Below are positions 1-10,843 of a stretch of 64,000 nt of DNA, piece after piece. The position numbers and the translations under genes are program-made. The first letter of the stretch is position 1; each line of letters opens with the position of its first letter. The DNA is from Alphaproteobacteria bacterium. Its GTDB lineage: Bacteria > Pseudomonadota > Alphaproteobacteria > GCA-2731375. The stretch spans positions 2,400,001-2,464,000 of the forward strand of contig CBDDPY010000002.1 of the NCBI GenBank assembly GCA_965232515.1, written 5' to 3'. The notes below the pieces were generated by a model, which saw nothing but the letters and a program-made list of their open reading frames with translations, did not search any database and had not been told where the DNA came from.

Positions 1-281
1 TGGGCGCCTCGGGCGCGGTCTCGGGCCTGTTCGGCGCCGTGCTGCGATTCGCTTTCTCGCCGCGGCCGCATCTGCGGCCGGCCGGCCAACGACGCGCATC
101 GAACCCGGCGCTTATCGCCGCGGTCGCCTTCGTCGCCGTCAATCTGATCTTCGGCATCAGCGGCGTCGATCCGTTCGGCGCCGTGCGGGCGATTGCCTGG
201 GAAGCCCACCTCGCCGGCTTCGTCGCGGGCTACCTGCTGTTTCCGCTGTTCGAACCGCGACAGCGCCTGCCCGTCGACTGA
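1..281 (+). CDS. Rhomboid-family intramembrane serine protease, 5'-truncated by window edge
   Basis: Frame from nt 3 reads GASGAVSGLFG (catalytic Ser motif) and later AWEAHLAGF (catalytic His motif); hydrophobic helices. Confidence 0.85.
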   Translation, partial: GASGAVSGLFGAVLRFAFSPRPHLRPAGQRRASNPALIAAVAFVAVNLIFGISGVDPFGAVRAIAWEAHLAGFVAGYLLFPLFEPRQRLPVD

Positions 282-356
282 GCCGCCGCCCCGTCGGGAC
301 TGTTGTCCCACGGCCACATCTGCTTTGATGCGGGGTCCGCAGAGCAGGGAAATCCC

Positions 357-1463
357 GTGAAGATAACAGCCGTCCGCACCACGCTGGTCGACGTGCCCTT
401 CGAGGCGCCGATCCGCACCTCGATCCATCACATCTCGTCGGTCGGCTGCGTCCTGGTCAGCATCGAGACGGACGCCGGCGTCACCGGCGATGGCTATCTC
501 TGGTCGCTCAGCGCCAAGCGCCTGGATGTGCTGAACGCCATGGTGTTGAGCCTTGCCGATCACGTCATCGGCCGCGACCCGCACGACACCGCCGCGTTCT
601 GGGCGGCCATGTGGCGCGACGTCAATTTCTTCGGCCACAAAGGCATCCCGGTCTTCGCGATCTCGGCCATCGACATGGCCTGCTGGGACCTGGTCGGCAA
701 GGCGAACGGCAAGCCGGTCCACAAGCTGCTGGGCGCGACGCGCGACCGCATCAAGGCCTATCACTCCGGCGGCCTCTGGGTCTCGATGCCGGTCGACGAG
801 CTGGTGACGCAGGCCCGGCAGTTCGTCGCCGCCGGCTTCGGCGCCGTGAAGATCCGGCTGGGCAAGCCGTCGGTGACAGAGGACGTCGAACGCGTCGCCG
901 CCGTGCGCGAGGCCATCGGCCCGGACATCGATCTGATGGCGGACGCCAACCAGGGCTTCGACGTCAATCACGCCATCCGGCTCGGCCGCGCGCTGGAGCC
1001 CTACAATCTGGCCTGGTTCGAGGAGCCGGTCATGGCCTACGACCTCGAGGGTTCGGCCCGGGTCGCGGCCGAGATCGACACGCCGATCGCCAGCGGCGAG
1101 ACGGAATACACCCGCTACGGCTTCCGCGACATGCTGGAGCGCAAATCGGCCAACGTGCTGATGCCCGACTTGCAGCGGGTCGGCGGCGTCAGCGAGTTCG
1201 TCAAGGTCGCGCACATGGCCGAGGCCTTCGACGTGCCGGTCAGCCCGCATACCTTCACCGAGCACAGCCTGCAGCTCTGCGGCGCGTTGACCAATGTGAA
1301 CTATTCCGAGCACATGCCGTGGTTCGAGACGCTGTTCAACGAGAGGCTGGAGATGGCCGACGGCTGTTTCCTGATTCCGGACCGGCCCGGGCTCGGCTTC
1401 ACCTTCAACAACGAGGCGGTCGAACGCTACCGGATCGCCGCCGACGGGGGGACGCAACCATGA
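357..1463 (+). CDS. Mandelate racemase/muconate lactonizing enzyme family (enolase superfamily)
   Basis: GTG at 357 after GAGCAGGGA; AISAIDMACWDL, KIR, DANQ, EEP, GE, SPH, PGLG motifs. Confidence 0.9.
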   Translation: MKITAVRTTLVDVPFEAPIRTSIHHISSVGCVLVSIETDAGVTGDGYLWSLSAKRLDVLNAMVLSLADHVIGRDPHDTAAFWAAMWRDVNFFGHKGIPVFAISAIDMACWDLVGKANGKPVHKLLGATRDRIKAYHSGGLWVSMPVDELVTQARQFVAAGFGAVKIRLGKPSVTEDVERVAAVREAIGPDIDLMADANQGFDVNHAIRLGRALEPYNLAWFEEPVMAYDLEGSARVAAEIDTPIASGETEYTRYGFRDMLERKSANVLMPDLQRVGGVSEFVKVAHMAEAFDVPVSPHTFTEHSLQLCGALTNVNYSEHMPWFETLFNERLEMADGCFLIPDRPGLGFTFNNEAVERYRIAADGGTQP

Positions 1464-2560
1464 AGATCGCCAATATCGAAACCTTCCTCATCCGGCTGCC
1501 GTTCAAGACCGGCGCGCCGACGGAAGACCTGGGCGGCCGGTCCTGGCCGACGCTCGACAACGTCTTCGTCCGCATCGATACCGACGCCGGCATCAGCGGC
1601 TGGGGCGACGCGTTCGGCTACGGCGCTGCGGCGGCGACCAAGGCGGCCATCGACCACATCCTGACGCCGAGCCTGATCGGCCGCGACGCCCGTGACATCG
1701 CCGGCATCTCTGATCAGCTGCAGCGCGACAATCACATCTGGGGCCGCTACGGCATCACCATGTTCGCGATCAGCGGCATCGACATCGCGCTCTGGGACAT
1801 CGCCGGCAAGCGGGCGGGCCTGCCGCTGCACCAGATGCTGGGCGGCGCCGTGCGCCGGCGCGTGCCCGCCTATGCCAGCCTGTTCAAGTACCGCGATCCC
1901 GATCTGGTCGCGGAAAACACCTCGACGGCGCTGGCCGAGGGCTACGAGCACGTCAAATTGCACGAGACCGGCGTCGCCGAGACCCGCGCCGCGCGCGAGG
2001 CGGCGGGCGATGGCGTGCCGATCATGCTCGACACCAACTGTCCGTGGACGCCGCTGGAAGCCCGCGCCATGGCCCGCCAGCTCGCCGATTACGATCTCTA
2101 CTGGCTGGAGGAGCCGATCTTCCCGCCCGAAGATTTCGAGGCGCTGGCCGACCTGCAAACCGATTGCGGCATCCCGATCGCCGCCGGCGAGAACGCCTGC
2201 ACGGCCTTCGAGTTCAAAAAGATGCTGGACGCCGAGGCCGTGACCTTCGCCCAGCCCAGCGTCACCAAGGTCGGCGGCATCACCGAGTTCCGTAAGATCA
2301 TGACGCTGGCCGAGACCCACAATGCCCACGTCGTGCCGCACTCGCCCTATTTCGGCCCCGGCTTCCTCGCCACGCTGCACCTGATGGCCGCCTCGCCGAT
2401 CGACTCCCTGGTCGAGCGCTTCTATATGGAGGTCGAGGCCAGCCCCATGGGCACCTGGATCGACGCTGAGAACGGCAATTTCGAGGTGCCCGACGGCCCC
2501 GGCCTCGGCTGCGATCCCGATCCCAACGTCATTCGCGACTACGCCGATACGGGAGATTGA
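1460..2560 (+). CDS. Mandelate racemase/muconate lactonizing enzyme family, second paralog
   Basis: ATGA overlap with upstream stop; MKIANIETF, SGIDIALWD, KLH, DTN, EEP, GEN, VPH, GPGLG motifs. Confidence 0.9.
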   Translation: MKIANIETFLIRLPFKTGAPTEDLGGRSWPTLDNVFVRIDTDAGISGWGDAFGYGAAAATKAAIDHILTPSLIGRDARDIAGISDQLQRDNHIWGRYGITMFAISGIDIALWDIAGKRAGLPLHQMLGGAVRRRVPAYASLFKYRDPDLVAENTSTALAEGYEHVKLHETGVAETRAAREAAGDGVPIMLDTNCPWTPLEARAMARQLADYDLYWLEEPIFPPEDFEALADLQTDCGIPIAAGENACTAFEFKKMLDAEAVTFAQPSVTKVGGITEFRKIMTLAETHNAHVVPHSPYFGPGFLATLHLMAASPIDSLVERFYMEVEASPMGTWIDAENGNFEVPDGPGLGCDPDPNVIRDYADTGD

Positions 2561-2576
2561 CTCAAGGTGAATAGAG

Positions 2577-2659
2577 CTTGACCCATCCCGCTCCCCCACC
2601 CGACCACCCACGGAAGTATGCTCAATGGGTGGTCGGGTGGGGGAGCGGGATGGGTCAAG
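2577..2659. repeat. Long perfect palindrome, copy A (34-bp arms, 15-nt loop)
   Basis: cttgacccatcccgctcccccacccgaccaccca - cggaagtatgctcaa - exact reverse complement; second copy at 57040-57126. Confidence 0.95.
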
Positions 2660-2661
2660 TC

Positions 2662-2680
2662 CCCAGCCGATACGGCTGGG
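2662..2680. repeat. Small hairpin next to palindrome A
   Basis: cccagccg-ata-cggctggg, between convergent genes; no U-tract. Confidence 0.6.
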
Positions 2681-2687
2681 CAAACCG

Positions 2688-3689
2688 TCAGTGCACAAGC
2701 GTCTTTAGGATGCCCAGCACGCTGGCCTGATAGTTGTAGGAATTGACGCCGCCGCCGTTGTAGCGGCGCACCGCATAAGGCCAGTCGCAGCCGATCTTGT
2801 CGCGCCGTGGCACGTTGTGGAAGGCGCGGTTGAAGGACTTGCGGCTGCTTTTGTAGAGCGGCGTCTTGCCCGACTTGATGTCGATGGCGTCCGCGCTCAA
2901 CGCGCAATTGGCGCAATCCTGCATGTAGCGCGGATCGCTGGCGGAATACTTGCACTGGCGCAATGCCTCGTCGCCATACTCGACATGGCGGTCGTCGGCC
3001 CGGGCCCGCACATCGAAGGACCGGACGAAGTGATCGAACTTATCGCGCAGGATGCGGGCCGTTTCCCGCAGGTTGCTGGCGAGCGTCGCCAGTCGGCGCA
3101 GTTCCTCCACCGTCGGCGGATGGTGGAACAACGTTACCTGGCCGACGCCGTAGCCGCGCGAACGGATGCGGCCGGGGCGGCGGGGGTCGGGATCGAGCCC
3201 CATGGTCAGGAACCTGTCCTCGTCGTTGGTGCCGGGCTCGTTGAAATGCCGCATGGCGCTTTCCTGGCGCAGGATCGCCTCGACGAACTTCGGCGGCACC
3301 GGGACGCTGCCGTCGGAGATGGTCTTGCGGATGGTGCTGCCGACCCGCCGGTTGGCGGCGACGGGATCGGGCGCCGACGGCAGCTTGGGGAAGGCATCGT
3401 CGGCCATCATGTCGGCGATGCAGGCAATTAACGCCGGCCCGGCGCGGCCGTTCACCTCGCGCACCCGACGGCGATTGTAGGACTTAACCGCGACCGGCGC
3501 CTCTCCGTCGCCGGCGGCGCTGCTGCCGTCGTTGCGCATCAGGTCGTATTGCACGGCCTTCACCGAACGCTCGGTGCCGCGACCGAAGACCCCGTCGATG
3601 CCGATCCGAAGATATCCGAGGGCGCGCAACGCCTGCTGCAGCTGTCGCACTTCGTCGCCGCGATCCCCCCGCTTCAAAGCCGCCGGCAT
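2688..3689 (-). CDS. Peptidoglycan-binding domain + lysozyme/lytic transglycosylase-like protein
   Basis: ATG at 3689 after GGGGGAGGG; N-terminal LKRGDRGDEVRQLQQALRALGY..DGVFGRGT (PG_binding_1); ILRQES, GYGVGQV and RRYNGG resemble SLT motifs I-III. Confidence 0.7.
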   Translation of the reverse strand: MPAALKRGDRGDEVRQLQQALRALGYLRIGIDGVFGRGTERSVKAVQYDLMRNDGSSAAGDGEAPVAVKSYNRRRVREVNGRAGPALIACIADMMADDAFPKLPSAPDPVAANRRVGSTIRKTISDGSVPVPPKFVEAILRQESAMRHFNEPGTNDEDRFLTMGLDPDPRRPGRIRSRGYGVGQVTLFHHPPTVEELRRLATLASNLRETARILRDKFDHFVRSFDVRARADDRHVEYGDEALRQCKYSASDPRYMQDCANCALSADAIDIKSGKTPLYKSSRKSFNRAFHNVPRRDKIGCDWPYAVRRYNGGGVNSYNYQASVLGILKTLVH

Positions 3690-3820
3690 ATCGTCAAACC
3701 CTCCCCCATGGCCTCCGACACGCGCTCGTACCCAGCACGCGCCCACTCGGCGTGGCGTAGTTTCCTCAAGGCCGGCGCGATTGTAAACGACCGCCCCATG
3801 CATGCCGCCATGCACAAAAA

Positions 3821-4501
3821 TCAAACGGGTTCGGCGAGAAAGAACACAGATCGCGTAGGACTTGTGAAGTCGCGCCGCAACACACGCCATCCGGCTCGCG
3901 ACAGCTTCGCCTCCAGCGCCGGCAGGCCATAACCTCGATAACCGGCCTCCCATTTGTGGCCCCAGGGATCGGCCGCCTCATCGAATCGGAACCGCTTGAA
4001 ACTATTGAACTTTTTAAAGCTGAAGGCATGCCGCAGGCGATGTGGATTGACATACAGCCGCCAGTCCAGCTGCAACCCGACATAGGGCACGGAAACGATC
4101 AGATATCGCGGCGCCGCTGCCCGAAATCTGCGCAGCACCTCGTCCACATCCGGCCAATGCAGGTGCTCGAGGGTTTCGCAGCAGATCAGGGCATCGAATC
4201 CCGCCAGGCGTTCGGCCGGCACCTCCCGTACGTCGGCCCGTATATGGTCGATTCGTGGGTGTTCGTATTGCCGCGGCAGCACGTCGAGCGTGGTGACGCG
4301 GAAGCCGGCGTTGTCCAGAAAGGCGGAAACCAATCCCAGTCCCGGACCGATCTCCAGCACGGTCTCGACATCAAGGCCCTTCAGCAGATGGACCTGAAAC
4401 CATTGATGTTGAACGCGTTTTTCCGAATAGTAGCGGAACCATTCGCGCCGCCGCGCATCGCGATCGTCACTATAGTCGCTGACACCGTCCCGTTCTGCCA
4501 T
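3821..4501 (-). CDS. Class I SAM-dependent methyltransferase
   Basis: VLEIGPGLG motif I, TTLD, FDALICCETLEHL; start 4501 preferred because the longer ORF runs through a terminator hairpin. Confidence 0.8.
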   Translation of the reverse strand: MAERDGVSDYSDDRDARRREWFRYYSEKRVQHQWFQVHLLKGLDVETVLEIGPGLGLVSAFLDNAGFRVTTLDVLPRQYEHPRIDHIRADVREVPAERLAGFDALICCETLEHLHWPDVDEVLRRFRAAAPRYLIVSVPYVGLQLDWRLYVNPHRLRHAFSFKKFNSFKRFRFDEAADPWGHKWEAGYRGYGLPALEAKLSRAGWRVLRRDFTSPTRSVFFLAEPV

Positions 4502-4536
4502 GGGCGAACGGCATAGCGAAGCGGCCAGCGCAAGGC

Positions 4537-4569
4537 AAGAAAAAGCCCGGACGGTTGTCCGTCCGGGCT
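4537..4569 (-). terminator. Intrinsic terminator, minus strand
   Basis: Minus strand AGCCCGGACGG-acaa-CCGTCCGGGCT followed by TTTTCTT. Confidence 0.8.
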
Positions 4570-4640
4570 CGCGAAGCTTGAAGTGCGTTTCCTCGAACCA
4601 AAAGCTCATACCGATAGTATCACAAACTTATCGGTTTGCA
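4537..4640 (-). ncRNA. Candidate small RNA or structured 5' leader (~100 nt)
   Basis: AT-rich intergenic segment with 5' hairpin (4610-4635), possible middle stem (4575-4606) and terminator; no family recognised. Confidence 0.35.
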
Positions 4641-4691
4641 CGCATATCCCGCAACAATCGTACATTTTTTTAGTCTTCGGCGTCAGATCAT

Positions 4692-4703
4692 TGCTGCGCT
4701 GCA
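4692..4703. promoter_or_regulatory. PhaR(AniA)-like operator
   Basis: TGCTGCGCTGCA (reverse complement TGCAGCGCAGCA); identical 12-mer at 24048-24059. Confidence 0.5.
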
Positions 4704-4764
4704 ACAATTTGACCTGGAGCGACTGGCGGTGGAATGATGCGGCCTCAAGCGAGGGGATAGCGTC

Positions 4765-5664
4765 ATGGCGGATATACCGTTCAACCGCGAGCTCGAGTTC
4801 ACCCACGGCGAGGTCGACCAGGTCTCGCCGCTGATCCGTCGGGTTATCGCCAACAACCCCAGCGCCTTTACGTTCCACGGTACCGGCACCTACATCGTCG
4901 GGCACGGCAACGTCGCCGTGATCGACCCCGGTCCGGACATGCCCGACCATGTCGACGCCCTGATGCGGGCCATCGACGGCGAGACGGTGACCCACATCGT
5001 CATCACCCACACGCACCGGGATCACTCGCCGGCGGCCAAGGCGCTGCAGGCCGCCACCGGCGCGCCGACCTACGGCTACGGCCCGCACGGCTCCGGCCGC
5101 GGCGGCGTCGCCGGCGAGCAGGTCGAGGAAGGCGCCGACTGGGACTTCGATCCCGACCACAAGGTCGGCGACGGCGACAGCATTGCCGGCGACGGCTGGA
5201 CGCTGGAGGCGGTCTGGACGCCGGGCCACACCTCGAACCACCTCTGCTTCGGCCTCGCCGAGGAGAAGGCGCTGTTCACGGGCGACCATGTCATGGGCTG
5301 GTCGACGACCATCGTGTCGCCGCCCGACGGCGACATGCGCCGCTACATCGACAGCCTGCGCAAGCTGCTGCCGCGCGACGACGTGCGTTATTGGCCGACG
5401 CACGGCGCGCCGATCGACGATCCGCAGAATTACGTCCGCGCCTACATCGCGCACCGCGAGCAGCGCGAACGGCAGATCCTCGAATGCCTGTCACACGGTG
5501 TCGACCGGATCCCGGACATGGTGACGCGCATGTATGCCGACATACCGGTCGGCCTGCACCGCGCCGCCGGCCGCTCGGTGCTCTCGCACCTGATCCACCT
5601 GGTCGAGGACGGCCGCGTCAACTGCGACGGCGAGCCCAACCCCGACGCCAGTTACACGCTCTAA
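4765..5664 (+). CDS. MBL-fold metallo-hydrolase (LACTB2-like)
   Basis: NPSAFTFHGTGTY, THTHRDHS, TPGHTSNH, TGDHVMGW, PTHG; RBS GAGGGG. Confidence 0.9.
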   Translation: MADIPFNRELEFTHGEVDQVSPLIRRVIANNPSAFTFHGTGTYIVGHGNVAVIDPGPDMPDHVDALMRAIDGETVTHIVITHTHRDHSPAAKALQAATGAPTYGYGPHGSGRGGVAGEQVEEGADWDFDPDHKVGDGDSIAGDGWTLEAVWTPGHTSNHLCFGLAEEKALFTGDHVMGWSTTIVSPPDGDMRRYIDSLRKLLPRDDVRYWPTHGAPIDDPQNYVRAYIAHREQRERQILECLSHGVDRIPDMVTRMYADIPVGLHRAAGRSVLSHLIHLVEDGRVNCDGEPNPDASYTL

Positions 5665-5687
5665 GGAAGCCGCCCTCGGCGCCGCCC

Positions 5688-7328
<1,641 letters not shown>

Positions 7329-7471
7329 GGAAACCTCCCCACCCACAGTTCTCTGATTGGCGTCGAACGGCCGGCAATCGCTTCCGGCCGACGGCTTGGG
7401 CCAGTCTATAGCGTAAGGCGCCTTGGCGGGTAAAGCAGATGGGTTAACGGTCGGATCCGAGCCGATCGGGC

Positions 7472-8182
7472 TCAGCGGCAGGCGGCGACGAAGGCCTGAA
7501 ATACCGCGTTTCCCGGGTGCTCGCTGCCGGCATAGCGCTCCTGATGCCATTGCAGGCCGAGGGCGAAGGTCCGGTCCGACAACTCGATGGCCTCGATCAC
7601 CTGGTCCGGCGCGACGGCTGACACGGTCACACCCTCGGCGGCGGCGATAACCGCCTCTTGATGCAGCGAGTTCACCTCGAATTCCTCGACCCCGACGATG
7701 TCGCGGAGCCGGGCGCCGGCCCTTACCGAGACGGTGTGCCGGGCGGCCGGGTCGTCATGCGGGATGGTGGTTGTCGGCAATGCGCCGACGTCGGGCGTGA
7801 GCTTGCAGCCGTGCAAACCCGCCAGCATCTGCATGCCGCCGCAGAGACCCAGCACCGGCTTGTCGCGGGCCAGGAAACCCACCATCAGATCACGCTCGAA
7901 ACCGGACCGCTCGGAGTCGGGCGCCCGCGAAGCCTCGCCGTCGGGATACCAGTCAGCCGGGAACGCGAACCGGCTGCCGGTTGACAGCAGGCCGTCGAAC
8001 CCATCGATGACCGTGTCGACCAGCGCCGGCAGGTAGGGGATGCCGAGCGGCACGCCGCCAGCCAGATCGATGGCGCGAAAGCAGGTCTTCGACAGCTCGT
8101 AGCGACTGGCGTCCCCGCTGGTGTTCTCGTCCAGGATCACCGCGATCAACGGCCGCGGGCCATGCTCCGACAGGCTCAGCAC
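7472..8182 (-). CDS. Gamma-glutamyl-gamma-aminobutyrate hydrolase family (peptidase C26, PuuD-like)
   Basis: [10 protein letters not shown] nucleophile elbow, [16 protein letters not shown]. Confidence 0.85.
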   Translation of the reverse strand: MLSLSEHGPRPLIAVILDENTSGDASRYELSKTCFRAIDLAGGVPLGIPYLPALVDTVIDGFDGLLSTGSRFAFPADWYPDGEASRAPDSERSGFERDLMVGFLARDKPVLGLCGGMQMLAGLHGCKLTPDVGALPTTTIPHDDPAARHTVSVRAGARLRDIVGVEEFEVNSLHQEAVIAAAEGVTVSAVAPDQVIEAIELSDRTFALGLQWHQERYAGSEHPGNAVFQAFVAACR

Positions 8183-8200
8183 GGCGGCATTATGCCGTAA

Positions 8201-10843
8201 TCAGCGCTTGCCGAAATAGATGCCGCCCGCCTGATAGGACGGCGCCGAGTTGCTGTCATAGACCTCGAAGTCACCGGCGGTGTTGAAGGGCGGCGTGCCG
8301 GGACCGAAGAAAGAGCCGCGCATCACCCCGTTCAGGCTGCCGAAGCCGGGCCGGCTGCCGGAGATGGTCGCCGTGTAGTTGGGACCGGCCAGACTTGGCG
8401 AGGAGACCAGCGCGTAGGTGCCATCGTCGAAGTTGTTGATGTTCAGCGACGTCATCTGCACGTTGCCGGCGGCGATGTTGAACTGCATGCTGATATTGCC
8501 GAAGGCCTGATAGATGTTGCCGCCGGTATGGACGGTGCCGACGATGGTGCCGGTATAGGTTGCCGCCGTGGTGGTGGCGAACTGCGCCGTGTTGGCGACC
8601 TCGCCCGCCACCCAGGTGGCCAGATGCACGTCCGTGTGGGTGCCGTCGGATTCCGTGGATTCGACGCCCCAGAAGCCCCAGCGCACGAAGTCGCAACTGC
8701 AAATCGTCACGCCCGGCGGTAAGGCCGATCCGAACTTCACCCCTTCATGGGTGGTGAAATAGGCCTGATTATCGAGGAAATTGCCGCCGTCGACGCTGCC
8801 CGGACCTGACGCCGATTCGATGGCGCCGAACAGGTAATCGTCGATGAAGGCGCTGCGCTCCATGGCGCCGGCGCCGCCGAACGGCACCGTCAGGTTGTCG
8901 AAGCCGCCGAGTACCAGCGAGTCGCCGGTCAGCACGCCGGACACCCGGTTGGTGGCGGCGTCGGTGTTGACCGAGATCATGGCGACGTCGTTCTCGTCGG
9001 TGCGAAACGCCTGCACGTCGATCAACACGTTCGAGGCACTGATGTTCTCGGCGACGCCCCCGGTGAAGCCGATCATGTTCTTGGTCGTGTGCGGTCCGCC
9101 GACCGGCCCGGCCGGCACCCGCTTCGTCGGATTGTTGGCGAAGAAGGTGTTGGTGGCTCCCCGCGGACCGCCATCGATGCCCGGGTCGCCGCCGACGTCG
9201 CTGGCGTCGACCTCGTTGCCTTCCAGCACGAAATTGTTCGGCCCGTTGGCGCCGAAGAAATCGACGCCGGCGACGTCGCCCGTCGAGACGCCGCCCTCGA
9301 AGATATTGAAGCGGCTGTTGGCGACAAAACGGGACGAGCCGCGCATCTCACCGCGCAGAAACGATCGGCCGAGGCCGTCGGTGGCAATCTCGCCGGTGGT
9401 CAGGCTGATGGCCGAGCGCTGCAGCGGGCCCTTGCCATCGATGACGCCGGACGGCATGTGAAAGGCACGGATCGCGCCCGCCTGGCTATCGTCCCAGTAG
9501 ATGTAGGCACGGGTATCGAGATTGGGATCGATGCTGCCGCCGAGACCCGGGGGTATGAACGGGATTCGATTGCCGCCGAGCGCGAAGTCTTCCTTGACCT
9601 CGTAAACAGTGGCGCCGGTATCCGGCAACCCGGCCTCCGGCGTCGGCACGCCGGCGAACAGGATGGTGCGCCCGTTGCCCACCAGCTCGTACAGCACAAC
9701 GTCGAGATCGTCGCTGATGAAGACCTCGCCCGTCACCTCGCCATAGGGGCTGAGGTTGGTTCCAAAGGCGCCGGACAGCGTCGTGTCGCCGGCGATGCCG
9801 GGAAAGAACAGATCGAAATTGCCCTGCGGCGTCGTCGCCGTGAAGCGGTTGTTGACGACGCTGATGTTCGAAAGCTGCAGGTCGTTCAGCGACGTGCCGT
9901 CCAACGTGCCGACCAGAATGTTGAGACCGCGCTTGGACCGGCCCTTGAAGCCGCCGGCGGTGAAGTTGACGGCGTCGTTGACCTGCTGTGACAGCGTTTG
10001 AAACTGGCTGGCGTCCTTGACAAAGCCGTCAGGCGGCGGTGGCGGCAACGGCCCGCCAGCGCCCGGCCCCGGACCGGATCCGGGTTTCGGCGCGGCGCCG
10101 GTGCCGGCGATCTGCTTGGGCGGCAATTGCGAGCCCAGCGTGGCGATCTGCGTGTCGGCGACGTTCTCGTCCGACACGAACACGTCAGGCTGCTGCAGCG
10201 GTCCTTCCGGCGGCGCCTCGAAGCCGCCGAGGTCGCTCGACATCTGCGGCGGACTGACGGGCGCCGGCGGTTGCGGCGGTGCCTGAGGGGGCACCACGAT
10301 ACGCGAGCCGGGCCGCACCGCCGTCTTGGTCACGCCGTTGCTAGTGACCTGCAGGCTCTCGCCGAATAGGAACGTGGCGGTGACCTCCTCGCCGACGGTG
10401 ATCGAGGCGATGCCGCCGCGAATGCCGATCACGGCGTTCGGCGTCTTCAGCGTAATCGGGCGTTTCTTGCTGATCTTTCCGCCGACAACGCGGAACACGC
10501 CCTTCGCGGCCGAGAACACGAGCTCGCCCGTCTTGGCATCGGGGTCGTAGACGAACTTATCGAGCACGACATCGGAGTTCGGGCCGATCGTCAGCGCCGA
10601 GCCGTCGAAGAACAGAAGCTGCGCCTTGCCGCCCTCGTCGGTCTGGACCCGCTCGTTGACGAAGACGTCGATGCCGACCTTCAGGACCCGGGCGTCTTCC
10701 TGGGGCGGGATGCCGCGGGCGGGCGGCAGGACGGCCGCGGCGACGCCGGCTTCGTTGCTAGCGCCGGCGTGCTGCGGCCAACAGACGATCGTCGCGATCA
10801 CCCCGGCGGCGCAGGCACGCAAAAACTTCCGATAGGTAACCAT
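8201..10843 (-). CDS. Secreted FecR-domain protein with Pro-rich linker and C-terminal TbpB-like beta-barrel region
   Basis: Signal peptide; AQLLFFDGSALTIGPNS..TPNAVIGIRGG (FecR-like); Pro-rich linker; Gly/aromatic beta strands ending GSFFGP..GGIYFGKR. Confidence 0.75.
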   Translation of the reverse strand: MVTYRKFLRACAAGVIATIVCWPQHAGASNEAGVAAAVLPPARGIPPQEDARVLKVGIDVFVNERVQTDEGGKAQLLFFDGSALTIGPNSDVVLDKFVYDPDAKTGELVFSAAKGVFRVVGGKISKKRPITLKTPNAVIGIRGGIASITVGEEVTATFLFGESLQVTSNGVTKTAVRPGSRIVVPPQAPPQPPAPVSPPQMSSDLGGFEAPPEGPLQQPDVFVSDENVADTQIATLGSQLPPKQIAGTGAAPKPGSGPGPGAGGPLPPPPPDGFVKDASQFQTLSQQVNDAVNFTAGGFKGRSKRGLNILVGTLDGTSLNDLQLSNISVVNNRFTATTPQGNFDLFFPGIAGDTTLSGAFGTNLSPYGEVTGEVFISDDLDVVLYELVGNGRTILFAGVPTPEAGLPDTGATVYEVKEDFALGGNRIPFIPPGLGGSIDPNLDTRAYIYWDDSQAGAIRAFHMPSGVIDGKGPLQRSAISLTTGEIATDGLGRSFLRGEMRGSSRFVANSRFNIFEGGVSTGDVAGVDFFGANGPNNFVLEGNEVDASDVGGDPGIDGGPRGATNTFFANNPTKRVPAGPVGGPHTTKNMIGFTGGVAENISASNVLIDVQAFRTDENDVAMISVNTDAATNRVSGVLTGDSLVLGGFDNLTVPFGGAGAMERSAFIDDYLFGAIESASGPGSVDGGNFLDNQAYFTTHEGVKFGSALPPGVTICSCDFVRWGFWGVESTESDGTHTDVHLATWVAGEVANTAQFATTTAATYTGTIVGTVHTGGNIYQAFGNISMQFNIAAGNVQMTSLNINNFDDGTYALVSSPSLAGPNYTATISGSRPGFGSLNGVMRGSFFGPGTPPFNTAGDFEVYDSNSAPSYQAGGIYFGKR

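Noticed and set aside
611-1459. Apparent 649-aa ORF (611-2560) suggesting an N-terminal extension or fusion
   Set aside because: The extension is Arg/Gly-rich off-frame read-through of the first enolase gene; the real start is the ATGA-coupled ATG at 1460
2577-2659. Possible CRISPR repeat or IS terminal repeats in the long palindromes
   Set aside because: No repeat-spacer periodicity, cas gene or transposase; the two copies enclose core housekeeping genes, so they do not delimit a 54-kb mobile element
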